This document shows, in pieces, positions 15,647-23,830 of a DNA stretch of 34,632 bases (position 1 is the stretch's first letter; every line of letters starts with the position of its first letter). A program made the translations under genes and the position numbers. Under the pieces are notes generated by a model. The model made no database searches and was not told the DNA's origin. It saw only the letters and a program-made list of their open reading frames with translations. Source of the DNA: Methanobacteriota archaeon. GTDB lineage: Archaea > Thermoplasmatota > Poseidoniia > Poseidoniales > Poseidoniaceae. The stretch lies in NCBI GenBank assembly GCA_018623995.1, contig JAAZUV010000002.1:1-34632 (forward strand), read 5' to 3'.

Positions 15647-17758
15647 ATGATGCTACACGCAACGAAAAAACCGATACTGCTAGCCCTATTGATTGTTCTT
15701 GGATCCATTGCCGGATGCATTGGGAACGATGAAGAAAAAACTGAACTGGAGACCTTGACCGTCGCATTTGAAGTCAAAGATGATTACACGAATGTCGATG
15801 AGAACCCTCAGAAGTTCGCCGACTACCTTGCGAATGAACTCAACATGAATGTTGAACTCTACCCAATCGATTCAGAGGGCGCGATTCTCGAAGCTCTTCG
15901 GTTTGGAAATGCTGACATCGCTTTCATGGATGGTGCAGCCGCATGGGTAGGTTGGCAACAATACGGTCTCGATGCATTAGCAGCAGACCAAAAGTCCGAC
16001 GGACGCACATATTACAACGCACATGCGGTCGTTTTGAAGGATTCAGAAATGGCTATTGCTCACCTTGATGGTGATGATTCAACAGACCCGTTTGCTCTCC
16101 TTGCTGGAAAGACGTCGTGTCACACTGGGTGGCTAAAGTCAGCAGGCATGCTTCTACCAATGGGCTTCCTCATTGGTAACGGATACGCGAATGTTATCGG
16201 CGATCCAAACGACATCGAATCGTTGCGAAGCACAGTCTTGAATTTCTTCAGCGAAGACTCGAGCATCCCTGATTCGGGAACTCCCTATTACTCGTACTCA
16301 GGGGCCGTAAAGTGTCTGACTGAGGGTGCAGGAGATGTCGCGTTCGCCAAGGATTCGACCATTTCATCCTACTGTGGCAACACTGATGCTGCAGAAAACG
16401 AAGAATGGTGTCTCCCTGAAGATGATTACGTGCTCCTACCATCCTACGGTGCTGCTCCATCTCACCCTGTGATGTACAACCCTGAACTGCTCGATGCTGA
16501 GCTCATTACATCCATTCAGGATGCGCTTGTTGGAATGAAGGATTCTGAGGAAGGGCAATCTGTGTTGACCAATGTGTTGAACACGCCATCGATTGTAAAG
16601 ACAACAGCTCAGGAGCACCTTTCTTCCTACGGGAACCTTGTCAAAGATTTGCCAGGTATTCAATCCTATTTCGGTGATAAATTCGGCATTTCAGACACCG
16701 TTAGCCCAACAGTTTCAAACATTCGAATTGCCTTTGAAATCAAAGAGGATTACACGGATGTTGATTTGAACCCACAACTATTGGCTGATTACATCGCTGA
16801 AGAAACAGGCGTGGAGGTCACACTCTATCCAGTTTCATCCGAAGGAGCCATCATCGAAGCACTACGGTTTGGCCATGCTGACATCGCCTTCATGGATGGA
16901 GGATCTGCTTGGATGGGCTGGAAAGAGTACGGTCTTGCAGCAATGGCTGCCGACATGAAGTCCGATGGCCGAACCTACTACGATGCACATGCAGTCGTTC
17001 TCAATGGTTCAGACATGGCCAATGCATACCTCGATGGCGACGATTCGACAGATCCGTTCGCACTTCTCGAAGGTAAGACCTCCTGCCATACAGGATGGTT
17101 GAAGTCTGCCGGAATGCTCTTGCCGATGGGTTACCTGATTTCTGAAGGATACGCTCCTGTTGTGGGGTCAGAGGATGACATTGAATCATTGCGTTCAACC
17201 ATCTATTCCTACTTCAATGAGGATGCGAGCATTCCTGATTCAGGAACGCCATATGCATCGTACTCTGGTGCAGTCCGCTGCTTGTCCGAGGGAGTCGGTG
17301 ATGTGGCCTTTGTCAAGGATTCAACCATCGCAAGTTACTGTGGTAACGAAGATGCCGCAGAGAATGAGGATTGGTGTCTGGATGAGGACGAATACATTCT
17401 TCTTCCTTCCTACGGGTCTGCACCATCACATCCTGTCATGTACAATCCTGACCGTGTAGATATACAAACAAGAACTGCGATTTTGAATGCTCTGCTCTCA
17501 ATGAACGATGAGATGTACGTCGAAAACTATCAGATGGGTGGTCAGACGTACACGGGATGTTACAACATGAACTCGCACGCTGTCGATTCTGACCAACCAA
17601 AGAATGAGTGTGGAGATCAAATCCTCTCAAACATTCTGAACACGCCTGGTATTGTTGAAGTGAACACGCAAGAGCACATGGGAATCTATGGAGATCTCAT
17701 CGGCTCGATTCCTGGAATCACCACGTATTTTGATACAAAGTATGAGATTCAGGAATAG
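15647..17758 (+). CDS. tandem-duplicated (bilobal) transferrin-like / PhnD-family substrate-binding lipoprotein
   Basis: 703 aa. Lipobox LGSIAGC (Cys24). Two homologous lobes span about aa 35-350 and 355-703. Each carries transferrin-type motifs: ADIAFMDG, TYY.AHAVV, GKTSCHTGWLKSAGMLLPMG, YSGAV(K/R)CL(T/S)EG.GDVAF.KDSTI and APSHPVMYNP. Confidence 0.85.
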   Translation: MMLHATKKPILLALLIVLGSIAGCIGNDEEKTELETLTVAFEVKDDYTNVDENPQKFADYLANELNMNVELYPIDSEGAILEALRFGNADIAFMDGAAAWVGWQQYGLDALAADQKSDGRTYYNAHAVVLKDSEMAIAHLDGDDSTDPFALLAGKTSCHTGWLKSAGMLLPMGFLIGNGYANVIGDPNDIESLRSTVLNFFSEDSSIPDSGTPYYSYSGAVKCLTEGAGDVAFAKDSTISSYCGNTDAAENEEWCLPEDDYVLLPSYGAAPSHPVMYNPELLDAELITSIQDALVGMKDSEEGQSVLTNVLNTPSIVKTTAQEHLSSYGNLVKDLPGIQSYFGDKFGISDTVSPTVSNIRIAFEIKEDYTDVDLNPQLLADYIAEETGVEVTLYPVSSEGAIIEALRFGHADIAFMDGGSAWMGWKEYGLAAMAADMKSDGRTYYDAHAVVLNGSDMANAYLDGDDSTDPFALLEGKTSCHTGWLKSAGMLLPMGYLISEGYAPVVGSEDDIESLRSTIYSYFNEDASIPDSGTPYASYSGAVRCLSEGVGDVAFVKDSTIASYCGNEDAAENEDWCLDEDEYILLPSYGSAPSHPVMYNPDRVDIQTRTAILNALLSMNDEMYVENYQMGGQTYTGCYNMNSHAVDSDQPKNECGDQILSNILNTPGIVEVNTQEHMGIYGDLIGSIPGITTYFDTKYEIQE
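15749..17755 (+). repeat. internal gene duplication (lobe 1 about 15749-16696, lobe 2 about 16709-17755)
   Basis: The two halves of the binding protein align residue-for-residue over most of their length, with long identical peptide runs (GKTSCHTGWLKSAGMLLPMG, DGDDSTDPFALL, DIESLRST, IPDSGTPY). Lobe 2 has an extra Cys-containing insert (ENYQMGGQTYTGCYNMNSHAVDSDQPKNECGDQ). Confidence 0.85.
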
Positions 17759-17781
17759 TGCTGCTTCCACTGAATTGAAAA

Positions 17782-18528
17782 ATGGAACCACTTCGGATAA
17801 ACTGGGGTGGCTACATGGAACAGGATACGCCGCTCCTCGTTTTGGAAAACTTGAGTATTGGCTACAACGCTGTACTCGCCTCCGGAATCAGTGCCAGTAT
17901 CCATGCAGGAGAAGTTATTGCAGTCCTTGGTCCTTCAGGCATTGGTAAGACGACTCTTGTACGAACAATTGCTGGTTTGGTGGAACCGATCGACGGTAGA
18001 GTCGAATTGCTTGTTGACAAACGGGGAGGCTTGGGGTACATCCCACAAAAGCTCGGTTTGGTGCGACACGCAAGTGTGTATCATAATGTCAACCTAGGAG
18101 CACGAGCGAGCCTCCCCGTGCTCAAAGGGGGATCGGACGAGAGGAAAAAGAGGGTCAACTCAGCACTTTCTGCACTTGGTATTGAAGAAAAGACAACTGA
18201 GCCAGTACGTCGCCTCTCGGGGGGTCAACTCCGGAGAGTCGCAACGGCTCGTGCCCTTGCACAGCGACCAAGTTTACTTCTAGCAGATGAGTTTCTGAGC
18301 GAGTTAGATCACAATACAGTTGATGTCGTCATCGCAGCAGTGAAAGAGTTGCTCGATGCTGGCACTTCGATCATTATGGTTGAGCACCATGAAGAAAACG
18401 TGACTTTACTCGCAACTCGAGTTTGGATAATTGAAGGCGAGAAACTCTACGATTTCTCGATTGATGAGTGGAAATCAAACAATTCTCCTGTCCAGGTTGG
18501 TCTCTCCCCAGGAGGTGAGGAAGAATGA
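17782..18528 (+). CDS. ABC transporter ATP-binding protein, PhnC-like
   Basis: 248 aa; alternative start ATG 17815. Walker A GPSGIGKTT, signature LSGGQLRRV, Walker B LLLADEFLSELD, H-loop VEHH. Ends GGEEE. Its stop overlaps the start of the next gene. Confidence 0.9.
   Translation: MEPLRINWGGYMEQDTPLLVLENLSIGYNAVLASGISASIHAGEVIAVLGPSGIGKTTLVRTIAGLVEPIDGRVELLVDKRGGLGYIPQKLGLVRHASVYHNVNLGARASLPVLKGGSDERKKRVNSALSALGIEEKTTEPVRRLSGGQLRRVATARALAQRPSLLLADEFLSELDHNTVDVVIAAVKELLDAGTSIIMVEHHEENVTLLATRVWIIEGEKLYDFSIDEWKSNNSPVQVGLSPGGEEE
18511..18528 (+). promoter_or_regulatory. Shine-Dalgarno plus stop/start overlap (translational coupling junction)
   Basis: GGAGGTGAGGAAGAATGA encodes GGEEE-stop of the ATPase and contains GGAGGTGA plus the ATG of the permease. 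The 15-mer GGTGAGGAAGAATGA is identical to the junction at 13600-13614 on the minus strand. Confidence 0.7.
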
Positions 18529-19403
18529 GAAAATCGTTTATCCTCGCTATCCTCGTTCTTCTGTATTTGTCGTGTATAACACTCTACAATTTGGTTGATG
18601 ACTGGGGTAGACTAGAGGGTGGATGGGAGAACCTCACCATATTCGTTACCGAGAGCATGTGGCCCCCTAACTGGTCTGTTCTTGAGGCACAATCCTACCC
18701 TGTGTGTGAAAAAGACATAGAATTTTTCTGTTCTGTTGGCTATCTTGGAATGGTTGAGACAATAAAAATCGCCTTCGTATCAACGATCCTTGGATTCATT
18801 GGAGCCCTTTGCTTGTCATCCTTTGCTGCTCGAAACCTCATGCCCATGTACATCGCTTTACCGTGCCGACTCATCCTTGCAGCAACCCGAAGTCTTCCAT
18901 CGCTTATTTGGGCAATTCTATTCGTCATCGTCATCGGTTTTGGACCACTCGCTGGTGTCCTTGCAATGACCTTCTACACAATTGGGTACCTAGGCAAGTT
19001 GCAATATGAGACCTTTGAGGGAATGCCAAGCGATGCCTTGGAAGTGAGTAAAGCAATGGGGCTCTCACACGCAACAACGTTCACTTCGGTTGTGATCCCA
19101 GAAACAGGGAATCATCTTCTCAGCCAATTGATGTTCATGTTCGAATACAATGTACGGCACGGAACAGTCATCGGAATTGTAGGAGCTGGTGGCATCGGCT
19201 ATTACATCAATACATACATGAAATTCTTGCAATATGACAAGGTTTTAGCCCTCTTAATCATCATATTCGTGGTAGTTGTTGTTATTGACTTAATGTCATT
19301 GATGGTTCGTTCCTTCGTTACCGATGAAGGTGACGTGCGCCGCCCAACATGGTTGAAGGCTATGATCAAATTGTATCGGAGTCGAAACTCCTCATCGCAA
19401 TAA
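18525..19403 (+). CDS. ABC transporter permease, PhnE-like
   Basis: 292 aa, multi-TM, with an EAA-type loop (ALEVSKAMGLSHATTFTSVVIPE). 4-nt ATGA overlap with the ATPase gene. Confidence 0.85.
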   Translation: MRKSFILAILVLLYLSCITLYNLVDDWGRLEGGWENLTIFVTESMWPPNWSVLEAQSYPVCEKDIEFFCSVGYLGMVETIKIAFVSTILGFIGALCLSSFAARNLMPMYIALPCRLILAATRSLPSLIWAILFVIVIGFGPLAGVLAMTFYTIGYLGKLQYETFEGMPSDALEVSKAMGLSHATTFTSVVIPETGNHLLSQLMFMFEYNVRHGTVIGIVGAGGIGYYINTYMKFLQYDKVLALLIIIFVVVVVIDLMSLMVRSFVTDEGDVRRPTWLKAMIKLYRSRNSSSQ

Positions 19404-19407
19404 TCGC

Positions 19408-19659
19408 TCAATCTGCAGCGATGTGCAATGCACCGTTCTTGTAAAACACTTGAATTCGTTGAGGCACCTTTCGGGTTAATGCTGCAACTGCCTCATAGAT
19501 GGCTTCCTCTTCAACGTAGAATTGCTTTGCCGCCTTTTGTGTCGACCAAGGTTCAACATGGAAGTTGTTTTCGCACAACCACTCGAGGAGACCTGCTTCA
19601 AAGTCTGTCAAATCAGAAGAGTTGTCATCTGCCATGCTTGGAGGATACCATCCCTCCAT
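19408..19659 (-). CDS. small acidic hypothetical protein (possible winged-helix fold)
   Basis: 83 aa. It fills the gap downstream of gpsA on the same strand, 15 nt after the gpsA stop. The helix-rich pattern LLEWL..STQKAAKQF.VEEEAIYEAVAALTRK followed by a beta-like IQVFYKNGALHI is only suggestive. Confidence 0.45.
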   Translation of the reverse strand: MEGWYPPSMADDNSSDLTDFEAGLLEWLCENNFHVEPWSTQKAAKQFYVEEEAIYEAVAALTRKVPQRIQVFYKNGALHIAAD

Positions 19660-19674
19660 ATGAGGAAATCGGCC

Positions 19675-20709
19675 CTATCCCAAGAGAACCATTCGTCGGC
19701 AACACTCTTCTGCTTCAATATCACCATCGAGGAGCGTATTGAGTGCTTTTGTAAACGGAATTTCAATGCCTTGGTCGATGGCTCGATCACGGAACATGCG
19801 TGCTGCACGAACACCCTCTGCAACCATGGTCATTTCTTCGAGCGCTTCTTCCAATGTCTTTCCTGTTCCAAGTTTCTCACCCATGGACCTGTTTCGTCCA
19901 AATGGAGACGTAGAGGTCACGTATAGGTCACCCAATCCAGCCGGACCAAAGGCTACCTCTGCCCTTGCACCTAGGAGTGGTAAGAGAATGCATCCTTCCT
20001 TGAAGCCTGCACTGAAAATAGCGGCTTTTAGGTTGTCTCCACCAAGTGTTCCGATGGTCTTCAATCCGTCAACAAGGCCGCATGCAAGGGCAACGACGTT
20101 CTTGAACGCACCCCAGAGCTCCGCACCTTCAGGGTCGGAAGCGGCGTGCAAAAGCAATGTAGGTGTGGAGAGCGTCTCTGCAAGTCGTTCAGCAACAGAG
20201 AGGTCCTCAGACGCCACCAAGGCTGTTGTCATTACACCTCCGGCTGCTTCTGGAGCGATGGTCGGACCGGTGAGTACCGCCAACGGATTTGAGCAATTTG
20301 CATTCTTCAAAGCCTCATGAATTGCTTGAGAAATCAACCGCTTTCCTGGAGCCAGTCCCTTCGCCAAATCGAGCAAGACGTGTCCAGGACGCAAGAACGG
20401 AATGATATCATCTACAACGTTGAGAATGACCGATGAAGGAATGGCAAGCACAACGATTTCAACACCATCAAGCGCTTCTTCAAGATGCATCGTCGCCTCC
20501 AATCCTTCAACAGATTGTTGAGGCAAATACTTGCGATTGATCCCATCCATGGTGATCGATTCATACACTTCTTGCTCAATGGTCCAACCTTTGACATGGT
20601 GACCTTCAAGCAGCCAAAGACGAGCAATAGCTGTCCCCCAATTTCCCAAACCCAACACCGCAATGTGTGCCATGACTAGGGACTTCGAACTCTTTGTCCT
20701 TATGTGCAT
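19675..20709 (-). CDS. gpsA: NAD(P)H-dependent glycerol-3-phosphate dehydrogenase
   Basis: 344 aa in the track. The likely true start is ATG at 20673 (MAHIAVLGLGNWGTAIA, a Rossmann GxGxxG). Length and motifs are GpsA-typical (..NVVALACGLVDGL..G.N..AA....G..E...L, PFGRNRSMGEKLGTGKTLEEA). Confidence 0.85.
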   Translation of the reverse strand: MHIRTKSSKSLVMAHIAVLGLGNWGTAIARLWLLEGHHVKGWTIEQEVYESITMDGINRKYLPQQSVEGLEATMHLEEALDGVEIVVLAIPSSVILNVVDDIIPFLRPGHVLLDLAKGLAPGKRLISQAIHEALKNANCSNPLAVLTGPTIAPEAAGGVMTTALVASEDLSVAERLAETLSTPTLLLHAASDPEGAELWGAFKNVVALACGLVDGLKTIGTLGGDNLKAAIFSAGFKEGCILLPLLGARAEVAFGPAGLGDLYVTSTSPFGRNRSMGEKLGTGKTLEEALEEMTMVAEGVRAARMFRDRAIDQGIEIPFTKALNTLLDGDIEAEECCRRMVLLG

Positions 20710-20763
20710 TCCCTCTACGAGAGCCTGAAAGGCACAATTTCTGAGAAAATTTGGTTCACCGAA

Positions 20764-21939
20764 TCAGAACAAGTCGTCATCGTCTTCCTCATCGAATGAG
20801 AAGACATCCTCTTCTTCTTTCTTCTTGGAAGCAGCGGCTTTCTTCTTTGGCTTCTTTTCTTCCTTGACTGGTTCAGGTTCTGGTTTCGCCTCTTCAACGG
20901 GCTTTTCTTTGCCACCTTGAGTTCGAAGTTTCGCCATTTCCTCCTCGCGACGCTGGAGGTCCTCGACCGATGTACCCGTTTGTGCAGCGAGTGCACGACG
21001 GCGGTCTTCTCGGGCTTTTCGCTCAAGTTGCTTGTGCTTTGATTTGTCGATGTTTTGCAACATGTACATAGCATCGTGTTCCAGCAATGGAGAGTCTGAA
21101 ATCAGGGTAATGTCCAACCAACCACCGTCTTCGACGATGAATTCTGCAAGAGGTTCGAAGTTCAAATCGGACTTCTTGATTTGTGTGTAATGCATAGCAT
21201 TGCCAGTTCGGTGCTCAACGCCTGAGAAATGGCAATAGAATTCCTTGGTTCCGATCGACTCACGAACCATATCGAACAATTCGCCATAATCTTCGGACGT
21301 CTTCATTCGACCATGACCACGAGCGTGGATGTGGGCAATGTTGAGGACGGGAATGGTTCCTTCAACGTGGTTCACAACTTCGATGACTTCTTCCAGACTT
21401 CCCCACAGTTCTTGGCGACCCGATGTCTCGATACCAATCTTGGATGGTGTTCCGTCCTTGATCCATGGGAAGACTGGGAACTCATCCTCGTCGTCATGCC
21501 AGATGTCGTGAACACGCTCAACAATGCTGGAGAAGATGTTCGCAACCTGCTCATTGGCAGCCGTGCCTCGTCCGAAGTCTCCGTAGTGACCTGTGTGGAG
21601 GGTGATATGGCGTGCGTTGATGGTTCGCGCTGCTTGCAATGTTGCCTCGATCTTTGCAAGCGATCGTCCACGCTCGACACGATTCCCGAGAAGTTCGGAA
21701 TAGTACGGTCCATGGATGTTCATTTCGAAATCAGCCTTGTTGGCTAAGACACCGGCTTGCCAATATTGTTCGAAGTGTTGTGGTTGAATCAATCGAACCG
21801 TTTGAGCTTCCATCGTCTCGAGTCCGAGAGCAATAATATCGTCCATTCCTTCGACGATTGTTCGTCCTTTACAGGACAAAGGTACGCCTGCAGGACCAAG
21901 TTTCACACCCATCATTCCACCCCCGCGAATACAAGCCAA
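20764..21939 (-). CDS. xylose-isomerase-like TIM barrel / endonuclease IV (AP endonuclease family 2)-like protein with long charged C-terminal tail
   Basis: 391 aa; the likely start is one of the ATGs at 21915 or 21912 (MMGVKLG). Metal-ligand-like His/Glu motifs are present: IHGPYY, ITLHTGHYG, IGIETSG, NIAHIHARGHG, YCHFSGVEH. The last 93 aa (20767-21045) are K/E/R-rich and end in KKPKKKAAASKKKEEEDVFSFDEEDDDDLF. Confidence 0.7.
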   Translation of the reverse strand: MACIRGGGMMGVKLGPAGVPLSCKGRTIVEGMDDIIALGLETMEAQTVRLIQPQHFEQYWQAGVLANKADFEMNIHGPYYSELLGNRVERGRSLAKIEATLQAARTINARHITLHTGHYGDFGRGTAANEQVANIFSSIVERVHDIWHDDEDEFPVFPWIKDGTPSKIGIETSGRQELWGSLEEVIEVVNHVEGTIPVLNIAHIHARGHGRMKTSEDYGELFDMVRESIGTKEFYCHFSGVEHRTGNAMHYTQIKKSDLNFEPLAEFIVEDGGWLDITLISDSPLLEHDAMYMLQNIDKSKHKQLERKAREDRRRALAAQTGTSVEDLQRREEEMAKLRTQGGKEKPVEEAKPEPEPVKEEKKPKKKAAASKKKEEEDVFSFDEEDDDDLF

Positions 21940-21986
21940 GCCGTTCCCTACATTAACCCCTTTCCGTCACCCGTTTGCCGGAAATC

Positions 21987-22001
21987 TGTACATAATGTAC
22001 A
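21987..22001. promoter_or_regulatory. perfect 7-1-7 palindrome TGTACATAATGTACA in the divergent promoter upstream of ribB
   Basis: Read directly from the sequence. It lies between the endonuclease-IV-like gene (minus strand) and the likely ribB start at 22040. The AT-rich centre could double as a TATA element. Confidence 0.4.
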
Positions 22002-22747
22002 ATACGACGGTTCATGAAGGTGAAACGAAACGACAGCCTATGTCGGAAATTGTCGAAGCAGCTATTGCTGCATTCCGTCAAGGCAATCCAGTTTGCCTGT
22101 TTGATTCGGATAAGCGTGAAGGCGAAACCGACCTTCTCTTCCCTGCAGCATTTGCACAGCCTGCAACGATGCGACAACTCCGTCAAGATTGTGGAGGGCT
22201 TCTCTTTTTGGCCATTGGACACGATGTCGGCCAAGCCTTCGGGTTGCCATTTTTGCAGGATTTGCACACACACGATGCTCTGACTGCAGAATATCCCGTC
22301 TTGGCTGAATTGAAGACGAACGACCTGCGGTACGATGCTCGGTCGGCATTTACGCTCTCATTGAATCACCGGGATACCTACACAGGCATAACCGATCATG
22401 ACCGAGCACTCACAACCCGTCGTTTTGCAGAACTCACTGCGACCGTATTCGACGATGAACTCAGCGAGGCTGAGGCGCAGCGACGGATGGGTGCAGAATT
22501 CCGAACACCTGGGCACATCCCTGTTTGCCGTGAATCAGAAGGTGGTCTCCTGACACGTCAAGGTCATACTGAACTCGCAGTCGGCATCGCTCGTCTCGCT
22601 GGATTGACACCTGTTGTCATCGGTGCGGAAATGTTGCAGCCCGATGGAGACGGAGCTCTCTCTGTAGCAGATGCTCGAACCTGGGCAGCAGAGCGTGGAA
22701 TTCCATTCTTGGAAGGTGCGGAAGTCATTGCAGCATTGCATGGGTAA
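21995..22747 (+). CDS. ribB: 3,4-dihydroxy-2-butanone 4-phosphate synthase
   Basis: 250 aa in the track; probable start ATG 22040 (MSEIVEAAIAAFRQGNPV). Motifs: DSDKREGETDLLFPA, RDTYTGITDHDRA, PGHIPVCRE, RQGHTELAV. Confidence 0.9.
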   Translation: MYNTTVHEGETKRQPMSEIVEAAIAAFRQGNPVCLFDSDKREGETDLLFPAAFAQPATMRQLRQDCGGLLFLAIGHDVGQAFGLPFLQDLHTHDALTAEYPVLAELKTNDLRYDARSAFTLSLNHRDTYTGITDHDRALTTRRFAELTATVFDDELSEAEAQRRMGAEFRTPGHIPVCRESEGGLLTRQGHTELAVGIARLAGLTPVVIGAEMLQPDGDGALSVADARTWAAERGIPFLEGAEVIAALHG

Positions 22748-22776
22748 TCTCAAGAACATGATTCCTCTGCTCAAAA

Positions 22777-23229
22777 TTGGTGAACACAATGAGAAAGGTC
22801 ATGGCTGTAGGAGTTTTTGACCTTCTCCACGCAGGCCATCTTCACTATCTTGAGCAAGCAAAGGCCCTTGGAGATCACCTCACCGTGGTCGTTGCTCATG
22901 ACGATACCGTTCGTAAGCGAAAGCATGAACCAGTTACCAATCAGGACCTTCGTCGTCGAATGGTTGAAGGTTTGAAACCGGTTGATGTTGCGTGCATTGG
23001 TAATTCTCCAGATGTTCCTATTTTCGACATCCTACCTGAGATTCAACCATCCATCATCGCCTTAGGATACGATCAGGAACATGCTGAAGATCGAATTCGA
23101 ACCGCATTGGAAGAACGAGGATTCACCTCGATTGAAGTTGTTCGAGTTGAAGGTTTGAGCGACGATTTGGATGGAACTCGGAAGATCATCGCTCGCATCG
23201 TTGAGCGAGCAAAGGGAGGCGAATTCTGA
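22777..23229 (+). CDS. ribL: archaeal FAD synthetase (FMN adenylyltransferase), cytidylyltransferase family
   Basis: About 145 aa; the track start is TTG 22777 and the likely start is ATG 22789 or 22801. The nucleotidyltransferase motif VMAVGVFDLLHAGHLHYLEQAK and overall size match archaeal RibL. The stop overlaps the ribE start by 1 nt (TGATG). Confidence 0.8.
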   Translation: MVNTMRKVMAVGVFDLLHAGHLHYLEQAKALGDHLTVVVAHDDTVRKRKHEPVTNQDLRRRMVEGLKPVDVACIGNSPDVPIFDILPEIQPSIIALGYDQEHAEDRIRTALEERGFTSIEVVRVEGLSDDLDGTRKIIARIVERAKGGEF

Positions 23230-23828
23230 TGTTCACTGGTATCGTCCAAGGGAAAGGCGAAATCGTTTCTATAGAAAATGGAAACGATATCACAACCCTC
23301 CAAATCCGTGTTCCATCGACGGAGGGATTGCAGATTGGAGCCAGTGTTTCCATTGATGGTGTTTGCTTAACAGCGACAGCATTTAGTGATGATATCGTCT
23401 CATTCGATGTTATCCCTGAAACCCTCGAAAAGACAACGCTCGGTCAACTTGAGCAAGGAGATCACGTGAACGTTGAGCGATCGTTGCGATACGGGGATGA
23501 AGTCGGAGGCCACTTGCTTTCAGGACACATCATTGGTCGTGGTCTTGTCAGTAAATCGGAACGTGTTGGCGATGGTGCTCAATATTCGATCATCGCTCCA
23601 CCCAACGTTCGGAAGTACATTGTCAGCAAGGGATACGTCGGTATCGATGGTATTTCCTTGACCATTGGTGATGTCTCACAAGACCACTTTGATCTCCATT
23701 TGATTCCTGAAACACTGCGACTGACCACCATCGGTGACAAGCAAGTTGGAGATGCAGTCAATCTTGAAATCGATTCAACCACCATGATGGTTGTCGAAAC
23801 AGTTGAACGAATGATGAAGGAGAAATAA
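23229..23828 (+). CDS. ribE: riboflavin synthase, bacterial/eukaryotic (alpha-chain) type
   Basis: 199 aa. Canonical N-terminus MFTGIVQGKGEI. Internal duplication is visible (SVSIDGVCLT / VGIDGISLT; NVERSL / NLEID). Confidence 0.9.
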   Translation: MFTGIVQGKGEIVSIENGNDITTLQIRVPSTEGLQIGASVSIDGVCLTATAFSDDIVSFDVIPETLEKTTLGQLEQGDHVNVERSLRYGDEVGGHLLSGHIIGRGLVSKSERVGDGAQYSIIAPPNVRKYIVSKGYVGIDGISLTIGDVSQDHFDLHLIPETLRLTTIGDKQVGDAVNLEIDSTTMMVVETVERMMKEK

Positions 23829-23830
23829 AC

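Noticed and set aside
15647-19403. Default interpretation of this operon as a phosphonate (phnDCE) uptake system
   Set aside because: It is not fully excluded, but I downgraded it. The ATPase and permease are PhnC/PhnE-like, yet the binding protein carries the complete transferrin Fe-ligand pattern and disulfide pattern in both lobes. No C-P lyase or phosphonatase genes are nearby.
19739-20320. 193-aa ORF antisense to gpsA
   Set aside because: The gpsA frame carries the Rossmann and catalytic motifs. The antisense product is S/A/P-rich low complexity.
20715-21747. ORFs 20715-21074 (-, 119 aa) and 21229-21747 (+, 172 aa) overlapping the endonuclease-IV-like gene
   Set aside because: The first is an alternative frame through the K/E-rich (AAG/GAA-rich) tail. 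The second is antisense to the barrel. Neither has motifs or a plausible promoter or SD.
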